Below, piece after piece: positions 62,646-64,000 of a stretch of 64,000 bases of DNA. Origin of the DNA: Carcharhinus longimanus (Eukaryota); contig JASCQW010000098.1 in NCBI GenBank assembly GCA_030264375.1, positions 35,711,418 to 35,775,417 on the forward strand, in the 5' to 3' direction. Under the pieces are notes generated by a model. That model had not been told where the DNA came from. It ran no database searches and was given only the letters and a program-made list of their open reading frames with translations. The translations under genes were made by a program, and so were the position numbers. How positions within the stretch are numbered: position 1 is the stretch's first letter; each line of letters begins with the position of its first letter.

Positions 62646-63804
62646 TCTACAGCCCCTCCCACTTGGTGGGATATTACAACCAAATTTAAATTTCCCACCA
62701 CATCCATCAGGAAGGGACACACCATTGCGGGGCCATAGATTAATGGCCTGTAAGGAGATAGACCAAGATCGATAGAGATGGATATCCAATATTGGTAAAG
62801 AGACAGATCCTAGAAATCAGTGCAGATAGTCTGAGTCTGAAAACTTTCTCACTTGCCTTTGTAGAAAGGACCTCAAATGTTGTGATGTTTGTTCTGGATG
62901 TGGTGGATGCTGAATGGAGCCAAGCATATCGCCCTTGGAAGCAGGATGTAGGCAGTATGGGGGGCAGCCAAGTGCTGAGGTTGGCTGGTTAAGAGGCTTG
63001 TTTCAGTTCTCTGGGATTTTGTCCCGGTTGTTGTATTGTAATATTTTAATCTCTTATCCCTCATACCTCCCACCCCTCACCCACGTTCCAGGCCACTTTA
63101 CGCTAATCATGCCCAATAATTCTAGCCATCTACCCCTGCCCATGGCACTTGTATTCTGTTGCCAATTTATGGTCCTTCCAGTGGAAAGTATGGACGTAGA
63201 AGTTTATTTCTACTTTGGTCCTGTTTTAATTTATTGCCTAATGAGTGCAAAGCAACAGCTCGGAAGTGTCTGACACAAATTGCCATGAAAAGTTGGCAAG
63301 GATTTGGCCAAGGCAGCTGAGGTGGAAAGTAGAAAATGTTGAAGACTGTACTTCTGACTTTGGGCAAAGTCAGATTATTGTGAAGAGTTGAGTGAGCCTT
63401 AATGTGCATCTGGTCCATGCTGTGCTGGATTGATTGATAGTGACACTGGCCCATTCTTCAGAGATGACAACCCTCACATGCAGAGAAATTAATCCTGAGA
63501 AATAAATATTAAATAATGCATAACATTTTTTACTGAATATATGTCAATTGTCATGAGAGGGAGATCTGACTATTTTAAAGAAAATGTGATCTTTATAGTG
63601 GGAGCTTTTAGATCTTAAGTACATTTTTTAACAGTAGTCTCTTTTTTAATTCATGATCTGAACTATGAAATAAAGTTGGATAATAAAAATAATGGAATAG
63701 AAATTGGTCTTTAATTTTTTGACTCAAGACCTGACTGTGCCTGTTATCACAGAAGCAGGCAACATGCAAATTCCACAGGACTTCCTTCTTAAAGGAGGGG
63801 ATGG

Positions 63805-64000
63805 GTTGGTGCTGTGCTAATGTCACTGACCAGTATTCTAGAGAACCAAGAATTAGCTTTGGAGAGATGGATTCAAATCCCACCGTAACGGCTGGTAGAA
63901 TTTGAATTCAGCTAATAAAAACCTGGAATATTACTTCCAGGGTCATCACTACTGAGGCTATCATCAATTGTCTTAAGAAACCAATCTAGTTCACTGATGT
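63805..64000 (+). mobile_element. tRNA-headed SINE (same family as 2744), cut by the window end
   Basis: GGATTCAAATCCCACC B-box followed by GAATTTGAATTCA..CTGGAAT. Confidence 0.75.

Noticed and set aside
62650-63500. Further Harbinger Myb-type remnant
   Set aside because: Suggestive peptides only (TFSLAFVE, PWKQDV) with no clear TIR; too decayed to call.
1-64000. ORF-track entries as host genes
   Set aside because: All recognisable peptides are decayed transposon fragments. Long ORFs are N-gap artefacts or antisense to repeats, and no coherent exon chain was found.

Overview
Eukaryotic, repeat-dominated, CpG-depleted DNA from a gappy assembly. It is almost certainly a cartilaginous fish (shark), inferred from HE1/V-domain SINEs, SacSINE1/Deu-like SINEs, abundant CR1 LINEs and shark-type Penelope ends. 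I could not identify any host protein-coding exon: every recognisable ORF is a decayed transposon fragment (CR1, L2/CR1-group, Rex1/Babar, Penelope GIY-YIG, Gypsy gag/integrase, PIF/Harbinger transposase plus Myb/SANT partner). A small CpG-rich NRF1/ZNF143-type promoter sits at ~85-200. Most notable are: (1) a ~210-nt poly(A)-tailed retroposon at 54911-55121 (-) whose head is nt 2-27 of U2 snRNA, followed by two structurally equivalent hairpins, inserted in a Gypsy pol gene; (2) Harbinger-type MITEs and elements with ANT rather than TWA target duplications; (3) palindromic Penelope ends carrying minimal hammerhead ribozyme cores. Repeat boundaries were set by eye and are approximate unless a TSD or TIR is quoted. 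Family names come from recognition, not from a database search.
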